A stretch of 61,372 nt of DNA, counting the filler, from Trichosphaerium sp. ATCC 40318 (lineage: Eukaryota > Protista > Tubulinea), in NCBI GenBank assembly GCA_038496445.1. It is 3 parts of 3 records of this genome, joined end to end, with 100 filler letters (N's around TTAATTAATTAA, not from the genome) between each part and the next. Parts side by side here need not be neighbours in the genome. Positions count along the whole stretch, not along the records: positions 18,798 to 37,396 come from JALMLS010000264.1; positions 37,497 to 61,372 come from JALMLS010000425.1; 1 more part is not named here. One strand, written 5' to 3'. Within the stretch, counting starts at the first letter, position 1. Every line of letters begins with the position of its first letter. The notes below the pieces were generated by a model. It made no database searches and was not told where the DNA came from. It was given only the letters and a program-made list of their open reading frames with translations. Positions 33,301-46,707 of this stretch are shown piece by piece. A program made the position numbers and the translations under genes.

Positions 33301-36300
33301 TAAGCCCGTTAAGCTCCAAAAGAATGGAGACAGAGGAGAATAAACTAAAATAACAGTTAATACACGTAGTGAAAGTTTTAAATAACAGTATACGCTTACC
33401 TGTGAGTGAAACCAGCTGGGAATGCAATGGTGACTGGTACAGTTCCTTTGTGAAGATTTACCTCTTCAATATTGGATCTGGTCACAACAGGACACATCTT
33501 TCCAATAGCCTCTTTGATAACATCTTCATATGTCTTTTGAGAGTCTGTTCCTTTATCACGAAGGAAAGCGCCAGTTGCAACACGTTTAAGAGAAGTTTCA
33601 CCTTCCTCAACTTCTACACAGTAAAAGTAAGAATAAAATAGACAGCACGGTAGGCGTACTTGGATTCAAATAAGCGTGTTTTTCTACAATGTAAAGTCCA
33701 ACACGAGGGCTTGTTGGTGCGCCATCAATAGTTGCCTCAGAGAGGAAGAAGCGCTAATAACAAAGGATAAGTATCACTTCTTTTGAAGATGTAATCAAAA
33801 AAACTACAAGAATACGTACAACTGAAGGTGCTAGTCCGTTTGTTGGCTTAGCAGACTTGACGTAACCAGTACCAAGATATTTAATCTCAATCTGTCTTTC
33901 AATAGTTTTACTGTGTGTAGTAGTAATGTAAAGAGCATGGTTAGCTTCTTCTCGAGCGTATCTAAACGTGAAAAATGAATAAAACGATGATTAATCGAAG
34001 AAAAATGGATTTAACTTCAAGTTCTCTCTTCCTCGTACCTAATGTTTCCACCAGTCAATTTAGCATATTGCTTAGCAGTAATCAATGCAACAACATGATT
34101 AGCAATAGTATGAGGTGAGTTGATAACGAAATAGTATGCTGGGAAACCAAGTTTGTTGAAAAAATAATTGACTTCCTTCTCAGTGACGACTTCACTGTAG
34201 GACCTAATCAAGGACATTAAAGACAACTCTTTGGTGTCAACTATACAACATACCCTAGGCGTAATACGAGATTGTATACAATCTTCATTTGATCGGAGTG
34301 ACCAGAGCCAACTAAACAACTTGTTAGCCATCCGAACTTTTCAAAAAAAAAAAAACGTAAATGAAGAATTCTTGCTTGTACTTACAACTGACAGTTGAAT
34401 CACTTGAGCTTAGTAGAGTAGATGTGATAGTATGATTAGCAAGAGCTCTAATTTTTCCAACAATCTACGTACAACGTCAACAATGGAAAAACGAAATCAT
34501 TTTGTACCTCAGTTTGTGCAGTACGAGGTTTCAAATCTCTGAGCTCTAATACAGCGAGAATACGATCTCCGTAACGGATTGGAACGCATAGTAGGTTCTC
34601 GAATTTAACAATGATACCAACAGAAGCATCTTTGCATTCCTCCAAAGTGTACTAAACAAAAAATGAGTCACAAAAAAAAGATTGTATACATTACAAAAAA
34701 CAACGTACACGTTCAATATCTTTTTGTTCAGATATCCAGACAGCTTCAGGTTTATCTACGCTGAAACCAACAGCTCCTTTACCATATGGTAGTGTTGTGG
34801 CGAGTTTAGAGTGGTACTAAAAAAGATATTAACATCAAACAAGTCCAAACAAACAAAATTAAAGAAGTTTTACGCTAAATAGTTATTTTTCAAACTCTGT
34901 CGTTATTTAAGTGTTCAAAATACGATTAATCGGTATAACGAACCTCTGCTAACGCGTTCAAGTCATCAGAAAGTGCATACCATAACCCAGGGCATCTTAA
35001 ATTTTTGTCTTTCTCGTTTGTGATCCACACAGCACCTACAGGGTGTAAAGATATCGAAAAAAATGATGAAAATATTATTGGAGTGTTTTAAAGAAAATTC
35101 AAAAGGAAAACAACTCCGAGTTTTATTTTTCCTTCTCACGTACCATAAGAAAACTTCATATCATCGCAGATAGTCACAATAAGCTCTTGTAAACTAGCCC
35201 AAAACTTTGGTGTACCCTAACCACTAGTTTAAGAACAACATACGGAGAAACTTCTAATCCAAAAAAAAAAAATTACCTTTATTGTGTCGATATTCTTGGT
35301 CTGTAGAGATCCACTGCGAGATATGAGATCCTTAACAGTGTTATGTTGTCCTCTATTGGCATCTTGTAGAGGTGTATTACCCCACCTAAAAACTTCTTAA
35401 CTCACAAGTTCGGAAAAAAAGGCCAACTTTTTGTAGTTTTATGTTTTTCGAAAAACAACTTTATTACGCTAAAACCAAAAAAGAATTTTTGTTTTCGAAA
35501 TATAACTTTAGCACTCGAGTGCTTAATTTAGTGTACATACCTATCAACAACGTTTACAAACGCTCCATTTTGAATTAAATGATCTACAACCTCTGTTTGA
35601 CCAGTTAAGGCTGCGCGATGCATAGCTAGAGCATTTTAGACAACAAATTAGGAAGGAGCTAAATGTACTAGCTATTTTTCCGTACCTGTGCGACTATCGT
35701 AATCGAATGCATTTACGTCTACACCACTCTTAATGAGGCGTGATACAGCCTCCAAGTCTCCTTCTCTCGCTGCCTCAAAAAACTCGGGTTGCTGAAAAAG
35801 GTAAACACAAGTGTATGTCGCCATTAACACTATGAAGCGTTCTAAGGCGTATTTCAAGCCGTACCAGAGATTTTAGAGTGTTTTTGTTGGCTCCTTTACT
35901 AACTAGATAACGTGCAACCGCAACGTGCTTGTGACGAGTAGCATCGCTTAGTGGAGTACCGCCCCACCTGAACTTACATCAGCAAAGTGAGGTGAACCAA
36001 AATTTAACGTTACAGTTTTTGTAGTTTAAGAAAACGTCAATAACAGTGCTACGTACCTATCTTCGGCGTTTACGTCGGTTTTGACGGTTTCAACTAAAAA
36101 CTTTACTGTTTCGATGTGCCCTTCCGCAGATGCAAGATGGAGAGGTGTGCGCAAGTCGTAATCGGGTTTACTTAGGTCCCAGCTTTTCGCGTGGTAACCC
36201 TAAAAAGGGGTGTTGAAAAACATAACTCATACTAACTGTTTTATACCTTTAACTCTTCAAGCGCTCCTTTGGATGCTGCTAAGATTACTTTGAATGCGTC

Positions 36301-36360
36301 AGCGTCAAGAGAAGCCAAGATCATTGGCATAGACGGCTTTTTAGCAAGTTCAGATGTCAT
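30377..36360 (-). CDS. Large NAD-specific glutamate dehydrogenase (GDH2 type) with N-terminal ankyrin repeats and a GAF-like domain (multi-exon)
   Basis: GDH motifs KNKDIPEGGSKG, GPDEGTA, AFTTGKS..GGIPHD, QTGGPDGDLGSNEI, PCGGRPE, IVEGANLF and DASANKGGVTSSS. Ankyrins DYDLRTPLHLASAEGH and DRWGGTPL. GAF-like LPYGKGAVG...LLCVPIRYGDRILAVLEL. Confidence 0.9.
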
Positions 36361-37396
36361 TTTTTATGTATTATGACTGTAATTGCCGTCTCTGTAGAAA
36401 TTTATGTATCTGGCTGGGGAAGCGCAAAATGAATTCTCGTGACTTTGCAAGTTTGGGGTGAATTTGGGTCGTGATAACACGAATGTCGCAATTTTTCGAA
36501 AAGGCGTATTTGCGCGTGCTCGTTCCTTTACATACGCGTTTTCGCTACTCCGAGCGGTTTGAACATCATATGATGTTCAATAATGTGCTGTGACCTCCAT
36601 TTACATTTTATAATGTTCTGTAAGCAAGCTCAAAACACCGAACAGCAAAAATGATGCTTTTGCTAACGAAATTCTTGCTGCCAAACCGTGAACTGTTCTG
36701 TTAAATGAAGTATAGGATTACTACACGCGCTAGTAGCACATTGGTGGGTTGAAACCATAACTTTGGTCCTTCTGTAACCGTATCAAGTACACTGTACACT
36801 TCCTGCGTAGTTTGATGAAGTAGAGAATACTTTAAGAGCTGTGGTTGTTATTTGAGAGTGTTAGAATTTTGATTTTGGGAACAGAAAGTAGTTTTTTCAA
36901 CTTAACGCACTCACAACCTTGCCTTAACGCCCCAGGACGCTGTTCTTGCTTTGTATCCGGTAATTCAGACAGCGGTACAAAAGACCGCGAACTTTGGGAA
37001 CGTACTACCCTTCTGTGGTACATGCAGTCAAAAATAAAAAGCATTACTTGCCTGTCATAATCCGCTTGTACCTGACGCCTGTTCAAGTGGCTGGCGTGTA
37101 CTACAAAGTGTAAACAAAAAGGTTAGTTCAACTACCTTTTGGGATTCCCAATGTATTGGTCTAGGCATCGCGTACAGTAGCAAAGCACTTCCAACTTGTT
37201 GAACTTGATATTTTTCATAATGCCGCTCGAAAGATGGGTTAGAGTCGAAATGACTTTGATACACTGTCCTTTTTAAGGTTTGCATTTTAGTCTTTTTTTA
37301 AGGTCGTTATAACATTGTAGTGATACTACAGAATCATCTCTTCGTCGTGACATAGTTCAATAGTTTAAACCAAAAAAAGCTTGAAAAGATCACGGT

Positions 37397-37496
37397 NNNN
37401 NNNNNNNNNNNNNNNNNNNNNNNNNNNNNNNNNNNNNNNNTTAATTAATTAANNNNNNNNNNNNNNNNNNNNNNNNNNNNNNNNNNNNNNNNNNNN
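37397..37496. other. Artificial assembly spacer
   Basis: N run with TTAATTAATTAA. Confidence 0.98.
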
Positions 37497-38480
37497 CTCA
37501 ACTATTCATACAAGTCAGTACAATGTAAACTGAAGAACGGCTGGACTACTTACCACTTGGCTCAACTGAATGAGAATTTGTGTTCTCGGATTCTTTTGCT
37601 ACCTGGTCTTCTTTTTTGTTCCAAGCTAGTAGTAATATTAACGTGGCAGCACAACGTCATTCTCGTACTCTGTATAAGTGCTGCTTGAGATCTTCTTTTC
37701 TTCTTTTTCTTCTCCTTCAAGTTTGAGACGTTGGAACGTTTTCGAGCCATCTTATAGTCCAAGTTCCCTTCTGACGCCATTAACTGTGAGAAGGAGTTAG
37801 GGTAAGCTTGTATAAAACGTAAACTAAAGGCTAAGCGTACTCTCTTGGTTTGCAACGCTGCTTCTTCTTCGCTACTTGATTCTCTTTTGGGTATAAGCGG
37901 TTTCTCGTTTCAGATGGTGCGTACGTGTCGGTTGTATCTCGCTCGCTGAACTCAGAATCATCTACCAAGTCACCTTTCTAGAAGCAACATATTAGCACGA
38001 GGCCTCGTATTTCAAGGTTTCGACGAAGGAATCTGAGAAACCGTTACAACAAGGCGTACATAACTCTCTTGAGACATAACCTACAAGGCTATAAGCGTAT
38101 GCATTTAATCAATCGTGAAGTACCTGTGGCGTCTTATTACTTGTCCGTCTAGAATCACATTTTTCGTGTAGATGGTTTGGAATGTGTAGCTTTCCTGAGC
38201 AGAACAAGTCGAGTTTAGATTGCTTACTCTTCGCTAACCCATCTTCCGCTGATGGCTGTGAAAATATGGAATCTTCTGTTCTCACGACAGGTCTTCGTGG
38301 AAGTGTATCCGTCATTGCAAGTCTAGAAGGCTTAGGTTTTATTTTTCTCCTTGCGTATTTCTCATTGTCAACGTGAATGCCACGTCTTTCTCTACATCCA
38401 TTGCACAAAGATTTACGTTGCTTCCAAACAAGTAAAACAACGGCACATGTAAGGGCAGCAGCGAATATACATAAAACACC
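37497..38480 (-). CDS. Exons of a probable single-pass membrane protein with a low-complexity charged tail; upstream exons unresolved
   Basis: The exon GVLCIFAAALTCAVVLLVWKQRK is a TM segment with a basic stop-transfer, followed by K/R/S/E-rich sequence. Confidence 0.4.
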
Positions 38481-40694
38481 TTAAACGAGGTAAGAAAAAA
38501 GTGATTGAAATGCGTTTATTGTTTTGACGAAAAAAAAACTAGTTTTACCGTTTGGCGGTATCAAACGACACAGTCGCTTGAAGGACCTTAGGTTACGTAC
38601 TTAGGGAGATACGGTATGCTAGCAATGTTTTAGTACTAGTTTCCCCGTTATTTTGCCTGCTATTGTCTCGTGGTGTGCTCGTCTAACGGTTTTAGCTGTA
38701 AAAACGTTATTTTAGAGAAATATGCAATTACCTGGCATAAAGCAATTAGCGGCAGTAATAAAACTACTACGAGTAGCTTTAAACTATACCCCCAGATACG
38801 TTCGGACATAAGCGAAGCGGTTTACTAGTTGCTAAATTGAAAACAAGGAAATTTCTTTTTTTTTGGTTCTTTGCTATCTCTATTACGTTTGGTAGCTTAA
38901 AATCTGAGGAAAGTACTATTGAACCTTGGATTTGGCCTATATCTGCAGTAATTGGATTTCAGCGTTGAACCGAGAATTCCTCCGCTACACCACTCTGGAC
39001 GCTCATAAAATGGTTTTCCTACGCAAAGAAGCCACTTTGAGGTGTAAAGCACAAAACTACTAAAAACAAAGCACAAAGAGGAAAAACTCCAAAACTAAGC
39101 CAAGAATTGCGACTATAAGATTAAACGTTGAGTGAGAATGTTTGATCATTCTTCAGCGGTTTAAGATGGTCAAAGTTGTTTGTTTTATCATGTTTTTCGA
39201 TGTACTTTAAACGCGCTGTTACAACGTATACACCTATGATGTTTGTAGTAGTTGCTTGTGATGAGAAACTAAGTAGTTTTGTTGGATGACATCTCATTCT
39301 CGACTGCAGCAATTTGGCGAAGTAAACTAGGTTTACATGACGTACCACAGTTTAGTCTAACAATGACTTGTTCTGGTTAAATGCAGGATGTAAAAAAGTA
39401 TAGAGACATTTGGTTGTATAGTCTTTGATCGCCTGCCAGGCCGGTACCGGACCGTTGCCAGTTCTATGTGTTGCTAGTGGTTAAAGATATGTTAGGTACC
39501 GTATTCATTGGTAGAAAAGCTTAGTATGCTAGTAACTGTATTGTATTTTAACTTGTTAAAATCATTCATAGAAATGTCTCCTAGTCCACGATTTTAGGTA
39601 GGCTACTTCGTATAAATGGTAGAGTATTGTGACATAGATTCCAAGGGAAGGTTAGGTTCAGGAAGCGATACACGTGATTTTGTGTTCCATATTTTTAAGC
39701 TTCATGCACAACAGGATAGCGTGGGAAGAAAATAGAAAAACTATTAGAACACACCATTGCAACTTGCAATTTTTATTCATTGCAAGTATGTTATTACGTG
39801 AATTACCCTTTTACCGCGAACCGCACGTTTTCAGGAAGAACAAGGTATTGTTAAGTCGTGGTGTATTCAATTGCTCACAAACAACCACCTGTATACTATG
39901 ACTCTATGCTGGGAGAAGAAAGACGAATGCTGTCTTATTTGGTTGACAGCATGTCCGCTAGTCTGGAGCTTTACTGTTTTTTTGTTGGCTGTAACCATAA
40001 TAATTACGGCAACGTACGAAGAGATGTTACTTTAGCACGTGACTTCAACAGTCCTAAACGTCGCTACAAAATTTGGTTAGAGTATTTACCTATTATTTAG
40101 TACATGTAACATAAGCGATCCACGTGCTATTTGTAACCTTTCAAGTACAAATATTGAAGAGTCAGTATGCTGTGATATAGTCTATTGTAATTGTACACAA
40201 CAGTAAGTGTATTTAAGTAAGAAACTCTGACACCTAAAGTAGTGGTAATTCTGTTCCCAGTTGTTCTTATATGATTTCAGTATGCTGTACTATTCATGTC
40301 TTTGTCGCTCACTGACTTGTATTTTATAGAATAAGTCTGTTGGGGAATGCATAAACGAAGGTAAATGTTGTACACTACTACTTTAAGTTGTTGACTTGTT
40401 GAACATGAATAGGTGGTGATTGTACAGAAGAGAGGAGACAAATTTGTCAAGTGCAATGCCATACTTGCTGGGTTTTTGAGGCTAGAGTAAGACACTAAAT
40501 TATGAACTTTACACTTTTGTACTAGTATAAATGCGTTTGGGAATAGACTGACACATCATGCATGTGAAAAGTCACTTGTATAGTTGTATACAAGAGTTTC
40601 GCATTGATCTAATGTGTGGTTTAGTGGAACTATACTTGCTTGTATAACAAAGATGACGTGTGTTGCACTAGTGATAAAAACCGCTTTTTAAAAA

Positions 40695-41577
40695 ATGAAA
40701 CTTTTAAAACATACGGAGAGTCAGTACTACCTCAAACTGACTACAAGGTAAGGCTTTAGTTTTTTTTTGCTAGCCTATTATCTTTAAGTTTGACTAAACG
40801 TGAACCAAGATAGGTGAAAACAGAGTATGCTACTACAACCCAAGCGATTGTTCTGAAATATCTTTTTCAGGAGGTACGCTATCTTGTTCTATTCCTGTTC
40901 TCACGTGTGTCGCGGACAGGTATACCTCCCGGTGCATGGGTTGTAATAATCATTCTATTCTTTATAGTGATGATTATGATGATATCAAGCTATTTGCCTT
41001 GCCAGTATATATACGTACATAAACATGTGACGGTACAGTTGTATGCAATTTATTCTTTTTTATTGAATTCTAACAGGAAACTATGTCGTACGCTTGTGGT
41101 TTGGTTTTTTGTTGTAGCATCATTACTCCACTTGTTATATTTCTTCCAGTACTCCTTCATGCCAGTAAGACTATCATCACACCAATAATACAACATGTTT
41201 TCACAATAGCGGCATTCTTCTTTGCCGGTGTTGGTGCAGGGCTGGTACCGGTGATCACGTGTGATGATATCTACAAACTCCAAAAAAAGTTTGAGATTGA
41301 CCTTTCCAAAACCACGACCACCTCTCTTGTTATCACGCTGTCATTTACTCAGCTTTTCTTACCTATCAGTGTTACAGCGCCAATAGCGTATATCAGGAAA
41401 TCAACAGTATTTACAATTGTTACATGCTTGTTATTAACAGTACCCCTACTATTGGAAGGTGCCATATTAAGCTGGTGGTTCACGCAGAGGACGAACAGGG
41501 AAACATCTACCAGTAATATAAAAGAACAATCAAACACCAAGGATGACAGCAACTTTGAACAGGAATCTAGTTTATAA
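40695..41577 (+). CDS. Hypothetical multi-pass membrane protein (spliced)
   Basis: Several hydrophobic segments in ORFs 40814 and 41083, plausible introns, and AATAAA after the stop. Confidence 0.55.
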
Positions 41578-43599
41578 ATACTGAGTATACTGAGCGTAAG
41601 AAACAGTGACACTATTAATAAATACCGTTTCTACACAAATAAAAGGTTGCTTAATGAATCTCTCAAGTGAGAATTTGCCATGTTGTCATGCACAAGGTGC
41701 AAAGTAACTATGTTTTTGGATTAACACTAGCAAGTGTACCTGATATTACTGTAATGGAGTGTGATATTACACTTTGATACTTCTGCCAAATGTTGCAACC
41801 TTGAATGATATGACAACAAAGCCAAAATGGAAAGTGTGATTCAAACTATCTTATCTCTTTCGCATAAAATTCTCATTTCAGTCCCATATATTTTGCTGAT
41901 TGGAAAGTTTACGCAGTTTGTAGCTGGATAATCCTGTACCACAACTGCGAGCACTAATTATTATAGATGGTTATGCATGTAGAGAATAGATCGTAGTATA
42001 CAAACATCAAACAACAGAAACGAAAGGGATTGGAATGTAAATGCCTTTTATTTTATATAATAGATATCTAGGTTTTCAGTTAAAGAAGTAGCTACTCCCT
42101 ACTTTGGTTCGCTTATATTCAATGTATCAATAACATTAGTAAACTTTTCCATTGTCATTGTCCAGTCTTTTTCTTCTTCCTCCTACATTAAACATGTTAT
42201 TTCCGCTAAAAACTATTGAACACAACTTACAGAGTCTGATAATGAATCGTATCCATCTTTTTTACGTTGTCTGTTTACCTTAGTCCTATCATTCATATTT
42301 TTCAATGTACTTGACATCTGTCCAAATGCGCCAAAGAATGCTTTTATCAGCTGAAGTAAAATGTCAAATACAATGCTATGTTAAAGTGTCAAACCTCATT
42401 TTCATTGAAACCACTTGTTTGATTTCTTACGTTATCATTGGGATAATCATTAGATCTTGGACGCTTTCTAACACTTGTTTAGCCTACTGAAGAATACTAA
42501 ACAATGTACCTTGGGATGTACCCTGGTTGACTAGTAAATCCAAATTGACGTGTAGGGAGTTTAGTTTCCACGTGAATAATGACAGAACCAAGTCTATTTT
42601 CAGGTGTATTGTAATACAAATTTACCTCGAATTTGCCCACATGCGCAAACTGAAGGTAAATAATTGCCTTAGTTTGAGCATCGTTAGTCTGTTGTTCGCT
42701 GCGAAAAAGTCTTTCGAAAGCTCCCGTTTTGAAAGCTTCGTTCCACTGAGCGGTATTGAGGCCCTTGGCGTATTTCCCTATGCGAAAATTAACCCCAAAT
42801 CAAGCCAATGGCTCTAAACACAAAAGAACTTACACAAGCACGTGATGGAGAAATAAACGTCATTCCAATTGTAAACACCATCGCTTGGTAAGTCTACAAT
42901 GAGAGGATTATCCTCTGGTATTGAGTCCTTGAAGGCATACGCCTTGCTTTGTTAGTGAAGGAACTGATCTTTGATAACTTCACCGTACCTGTTCTTTGCC
43001 ATACCGAGCGCCTTTAGGCATATAGATCTCTTTGACGTTAACTCTAAAACCATACAGTAGGTTGTAGCCTAGTTTACAATAACACACGTTAGTACACTCA
43101 GAGACAATAAAACATGCTTACCAGGCTCCATTTTGCTAGGAGGAACTCGTTTGTGTTAAAAAAATACAAAGTTGTGACAGGTCAAGAATATTCTGAACGG
43201 GCGGTTTTTCGATATTCATTTCTGTTGTCACGTGCTGTGGTCATTGTTAGTAATGGATAGTCAACAATTGAACATACACTCTAGTTAGCTTGAGTTATGA
43301 CAGCATCATTTATTTTTCAACGTGATCGTTGGACTAGTGCAGAGATAGTATACAAGCTAATAGGTAGAAAAAAGTAGGCCTAGGATTAGTACAGTAGACA
43401 TGTTTGGATGGTTATTGTAATACTGAAAATATTGAAAGTAATTTACCAGTAGTTCGATACTGTGTTGGCAAGATATGCCTTTTTATAGAATGGTGTCACA
43501 GTAGGGTACAAATATTGGGTGTACAAAAACTAAACTATTTTTAAGTAACATGTTTATTACAGAGAGTTACAAGAGCATTACATAAAAGTCAAGTTGCTT

Positions 43600-44679
43600 T
43601 TACATGCTTCTACTTCTTTTTCGTTTCATCATGAGACTTTGATGGTTGCTGAATGTGACTGTCATATGACCTGAATTTGATGTGTGTACTTGATAGTAAT
43701 GCATTGTAGCAAAGCGCTCTAAGCTTGATAATGACTTGAGTGCTTGAAAGCTAGTTTGAGCATAAACTGTTTTCACTTCAACATTTCGTATTTTTTTCCA
43801 ATTGTTGATTATAGGTGATAGAAAATCTCCATAAGTATCACTAAGTGATGTGAACATTCCTCTAAAGTAGAAAGTTTGGATATTAGGAATAGATTTAAGA
43901 AGCCATGAACAAGACTTGCAAACATCAATACCATTAACTTTCAAAGAAAGAAATGTCACATTTTCGAAAACACGATCATCCATCGCTATAAAGTCAAAGC
44001 CATCTGTTTCATCGATACTATTTTCTTCTATTCTAATATATTCAACATGTGGCGATTGTTTTAATATCTCATAAAGGCAATATAGAGCCCTTGTATACTT
44101 AAAGTCTACCCTTGTTAGATTGTTTAATTCGACAGTAGTTACAGCCTTTAAAACTGGTCTTCTAAAGCCACCAGTTAGGTATGAAACACAAAGCCACTGT
44201 AAAGAGTTTGGTGTAGCTATTAAAATATCTTCAAGAGGTATAGAACCAGTGCTGATCATAGCTTCTGGATTTTCAAGTGAAAAATGCGAAAAATTCCGGA
44301 TAGAAAGCTTTACCATTGGTTTGAAGAGCGCGCTTAATGTTGACTTGTATTTTGGGTCTATGTGCGCACAAACGTAGTCTACACACAAAGAAGTGTTGTT
44401 GTAGCTTTCCTCTTCCTTTACAATATCTCTAAGGTTTACAATGCGTTGAGGCTTTAAATAATAGATAGAATACCATTCTTTACATACAATACAAGATTTA
44501 GCACGTGTTCTAAGCGAAAAATAATCCAGGAGAAGATAAGCAATTAATTTGCTTGGTTTTCTCAAAGAAGTATCGTATTGAAGATTTGCAGTTAACCTTG
44601 CAGAATAATACATCGTTTGTGTTATGGGTTGGGGAACATGTACTTGACCTATACTGACTGAGTATGTACGACCTGACAT
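43600..44679 (-). CDS. Intronless F-box-like protein with degenerate LRR-like C-terminus
   Basis: 359-aa ORF. PSKLIAYLLLDYFSLRTRAKSCIVCKEWY matches an F-box pattern. Confidence 0.65.
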   Translation of the reverse strand: MSGRTYSVSIGQVHVPQPITQTMYYSARLTANLQYDTSLRKPSKLIAYLLLDYFSLRTRAKSCIVCKEWYSIYYLKPQRIVNLRDIVKEEESYNNTSLCVDYVCAHIDPKYKSTLSALFKPMVKLSIRNFSHFSLENPEAMISTGSIPLEDILIATPNSLQWLCVSYLTGGFRRPVLKAVTTVELNNLTRVDFKYTRALYCLYEILKQSPHVEYIRIEENSIDETDGFDFIAMDDRVFENVTFLSLKVNGIDVCKSCSWLLKSIPNIQTFYFRGMFTSLSDTYGDFLSPIINNWKKIRNVEVKTVYAQTSFQALKSLSSLERFATMHYYQVHTSNSGHMTVTFSNHQSLMMKRKRSRSM

Positions 44680-45098
44680 AGTGCTATTTTATGCTAGTAC
44701 TTAGCTTATTGTTTAGAACGGCTCCTCATTTGGCATGCTTGTGATTTTCTGATCTTACGATCATGTTAAGTACTCTGATAGTGTCACTAAAGCATAGTTA
44801 CAGAGTCGCCCAAGGGCTACCATCCACGTAGCATTCAAAAAACAACTAAGCACTAGTATTAAATTAAAGCTATGTCAGGTCATATCTAAGGCATTTTTAA
44901 ATACTCTTCAAGGTCATATTCAGTATGTTACTTTATTGTTGACAGATTATACATTCTGAAAAATGTAAGTAGTTAATAGCTATTCCGGATTCAATGTTTA
45001 AGAGATGTAGCTGTACGATATAGTACTATCCTTGTACAAGTCTTTTCACCTGGTCTCTTGACTTCACAAAGAGCTTCTCTGTATTTTGTTTTTCATGT

Positions 45099-45740
45099 TT
45101 AACAATAAAAACTTAGGGGATACTCTCTACATTCTTCGAGTACACCATTGACATAAGTAAATTGCTTCCATAGTTTGCCATTGTAATGCCACTCTTTAAA
45201 CTCTCCTTCAAGCTTTCCATCATTATAGTTACTTATCTTATACACCTTGCCATCTTCATGCCACTCTTTACACTCTCCTTGAAGTTTGTCATTGGCATAG
45301 CGACAAAACTTGCATAGTTGTCCATCCCTGTACCACATTTTGAACTCTCCGTCTAGTTTATCACAAACATAAAAGCAGTGCTTCTTAATATTACCTCCAG
45401 GATACCACTCCTTATACTCACCATTGTATCTACAATTAAAAAACCGGCAATGCAGGAGCAATTGACCTGAATCATACCAACACTTGTAATCTCCATTCGC
45501 TTTACCATGAATGTAACGAATTTGACTTACAATTACAATCCTAGATTTAGAGGTTCTCTTATATCGTGACCACTTGCCGTGTTTGTTCAATTCAATATCA
45601 AACCTTGTTGTAGCCGCTGTGTACCTTGATAATAGAGGCCATTTAATATACGATTCGCCGTCTGTGTCTATGATATCAAGGTGTATCTCAACTGGCAGTT
45701 GAAACAAATAACAGCTATTTTCATGTACTGACGTATTCAT
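45099..45740 (-). CDS. Intronless F-box-like plus MORN-variant (YwqK-like) repeat protein
   Basis: LFQLPVEIHLDII, then repeats of GE(Y/F)K.W(Y/H)..G.L....Y..GKL. Confidence 0.85.
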   Translation of the reverse strand: MNTSVHENSCYLFQLPVEIHLDIIDTDGESYIKWPLLSRYTAATTRFDIELNKHGKWSRYKRTSKSRIVIVSQIRYIHGKANGDYKCWYDSGQLLLHCRFFNCRYNGEYKEWYPGGNIKKHCFYVCDKLDGEFKMWYRDGQLCKFCRYANDKLQGECKEWHEDGKVYKISNYNDGKLEGEFKEWHYNGKLWKQFTYVNGVLEECREYPLSFYC

Positions 45741-46436
45741 CTACTCTCTTTGTCAGTCACGTGACTTTTAAACTAAATTTGTAACAATAATATACCGGTG
45801 AATCAATGTGTCGCTTTGTAAACGATGCCATCGTTGTGGCGGCGTTGATAAACAGAAATTACATTCAAAGAACTATCACTGTATTGTTATTTTTAGATCA
45901 TTTTCATGTAATCACCGCTGTTTGACACGGGCTAATACACTAATTGTGTTTTGCCGATTCATAGAACTCAAATGATAGTATATTGCAATTGTATGTTGTT
46001 TTAGAATGATATCTGTTAAAGTATTTCAAAAACATCAAAGAGACTATGTATAATGTTCGTTTTTATCTTTGCCTTCATGTGTAACCTTCATATCAGTTTT
46101 TAACAGTTGCTGGTGTTCAATGAAACGGAAGTTTCAACCCAATGCAAAGACACTACAACATACTAAGTACTTTACTTTTATTTGTCTACCCGCCAGGACT
46201 GACCCATTCTTAAGCAAGCCTACATTGGTGCTCACTAAGGGTTGACATTTGGAGTTGCACCAAACCAATCTTCCACGTGTATATATGACTAGGACACCAA
46301 CTACTTGATGGACCCAAAGACTCAAAATACAACCTTGTCAAATAAATTCAGACCTCAAAAAAAAATATCAATCAAGAAGGACACACAATAAAATTATGTT
46401 GTTTGCTGAGCGCTAGTGCCCAGAGTAAAATTTAAA

Positions 46437-46655
46437 CACTTTAGGTGTGATATGGCACATTACGCTCTTATACATAATAGCGCTAGTTCAAGGTACTAAA
46501 GCGCTTATTTTTACATAATCAATCACGTGTTTTAGAGTGATTACGCTTTAGGTGAGGTTATTGACGAAATTACGCTATTACACAGAACAGCGCTGGTGCG
46601 AGGTATTTAAAAACGCTATTTTCGCTTATTTGATCTCACGTTTTAGAGTAATTAC
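46437..46655. repeat. Two diverged ~108-bp tandem units upstream of the nuclease-like gene
   Basis: CTTTAGGTG...ATTACGCT...AGCGCT.GT...AGGTA...TTTTAGAGT.ATTAC occurs twice. Confidence 0.7.
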
Positions 46656-46707
46656 ACAGAGACCACAGTCCGAGGGTCGTAAGTATAATATTGGCTCACA
46701 GTTATAA

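Noticed and set aside
36600-37396. Possible minus-strand exons next to the gap
   Set aside because: No consistent spliced model or domain could be supported.
41620-43135. Probable spliced minus-strand gene starting MEPG
   Set aside because: Some exons are visible, but the frame could not be followed reliably and no product could be assigned.
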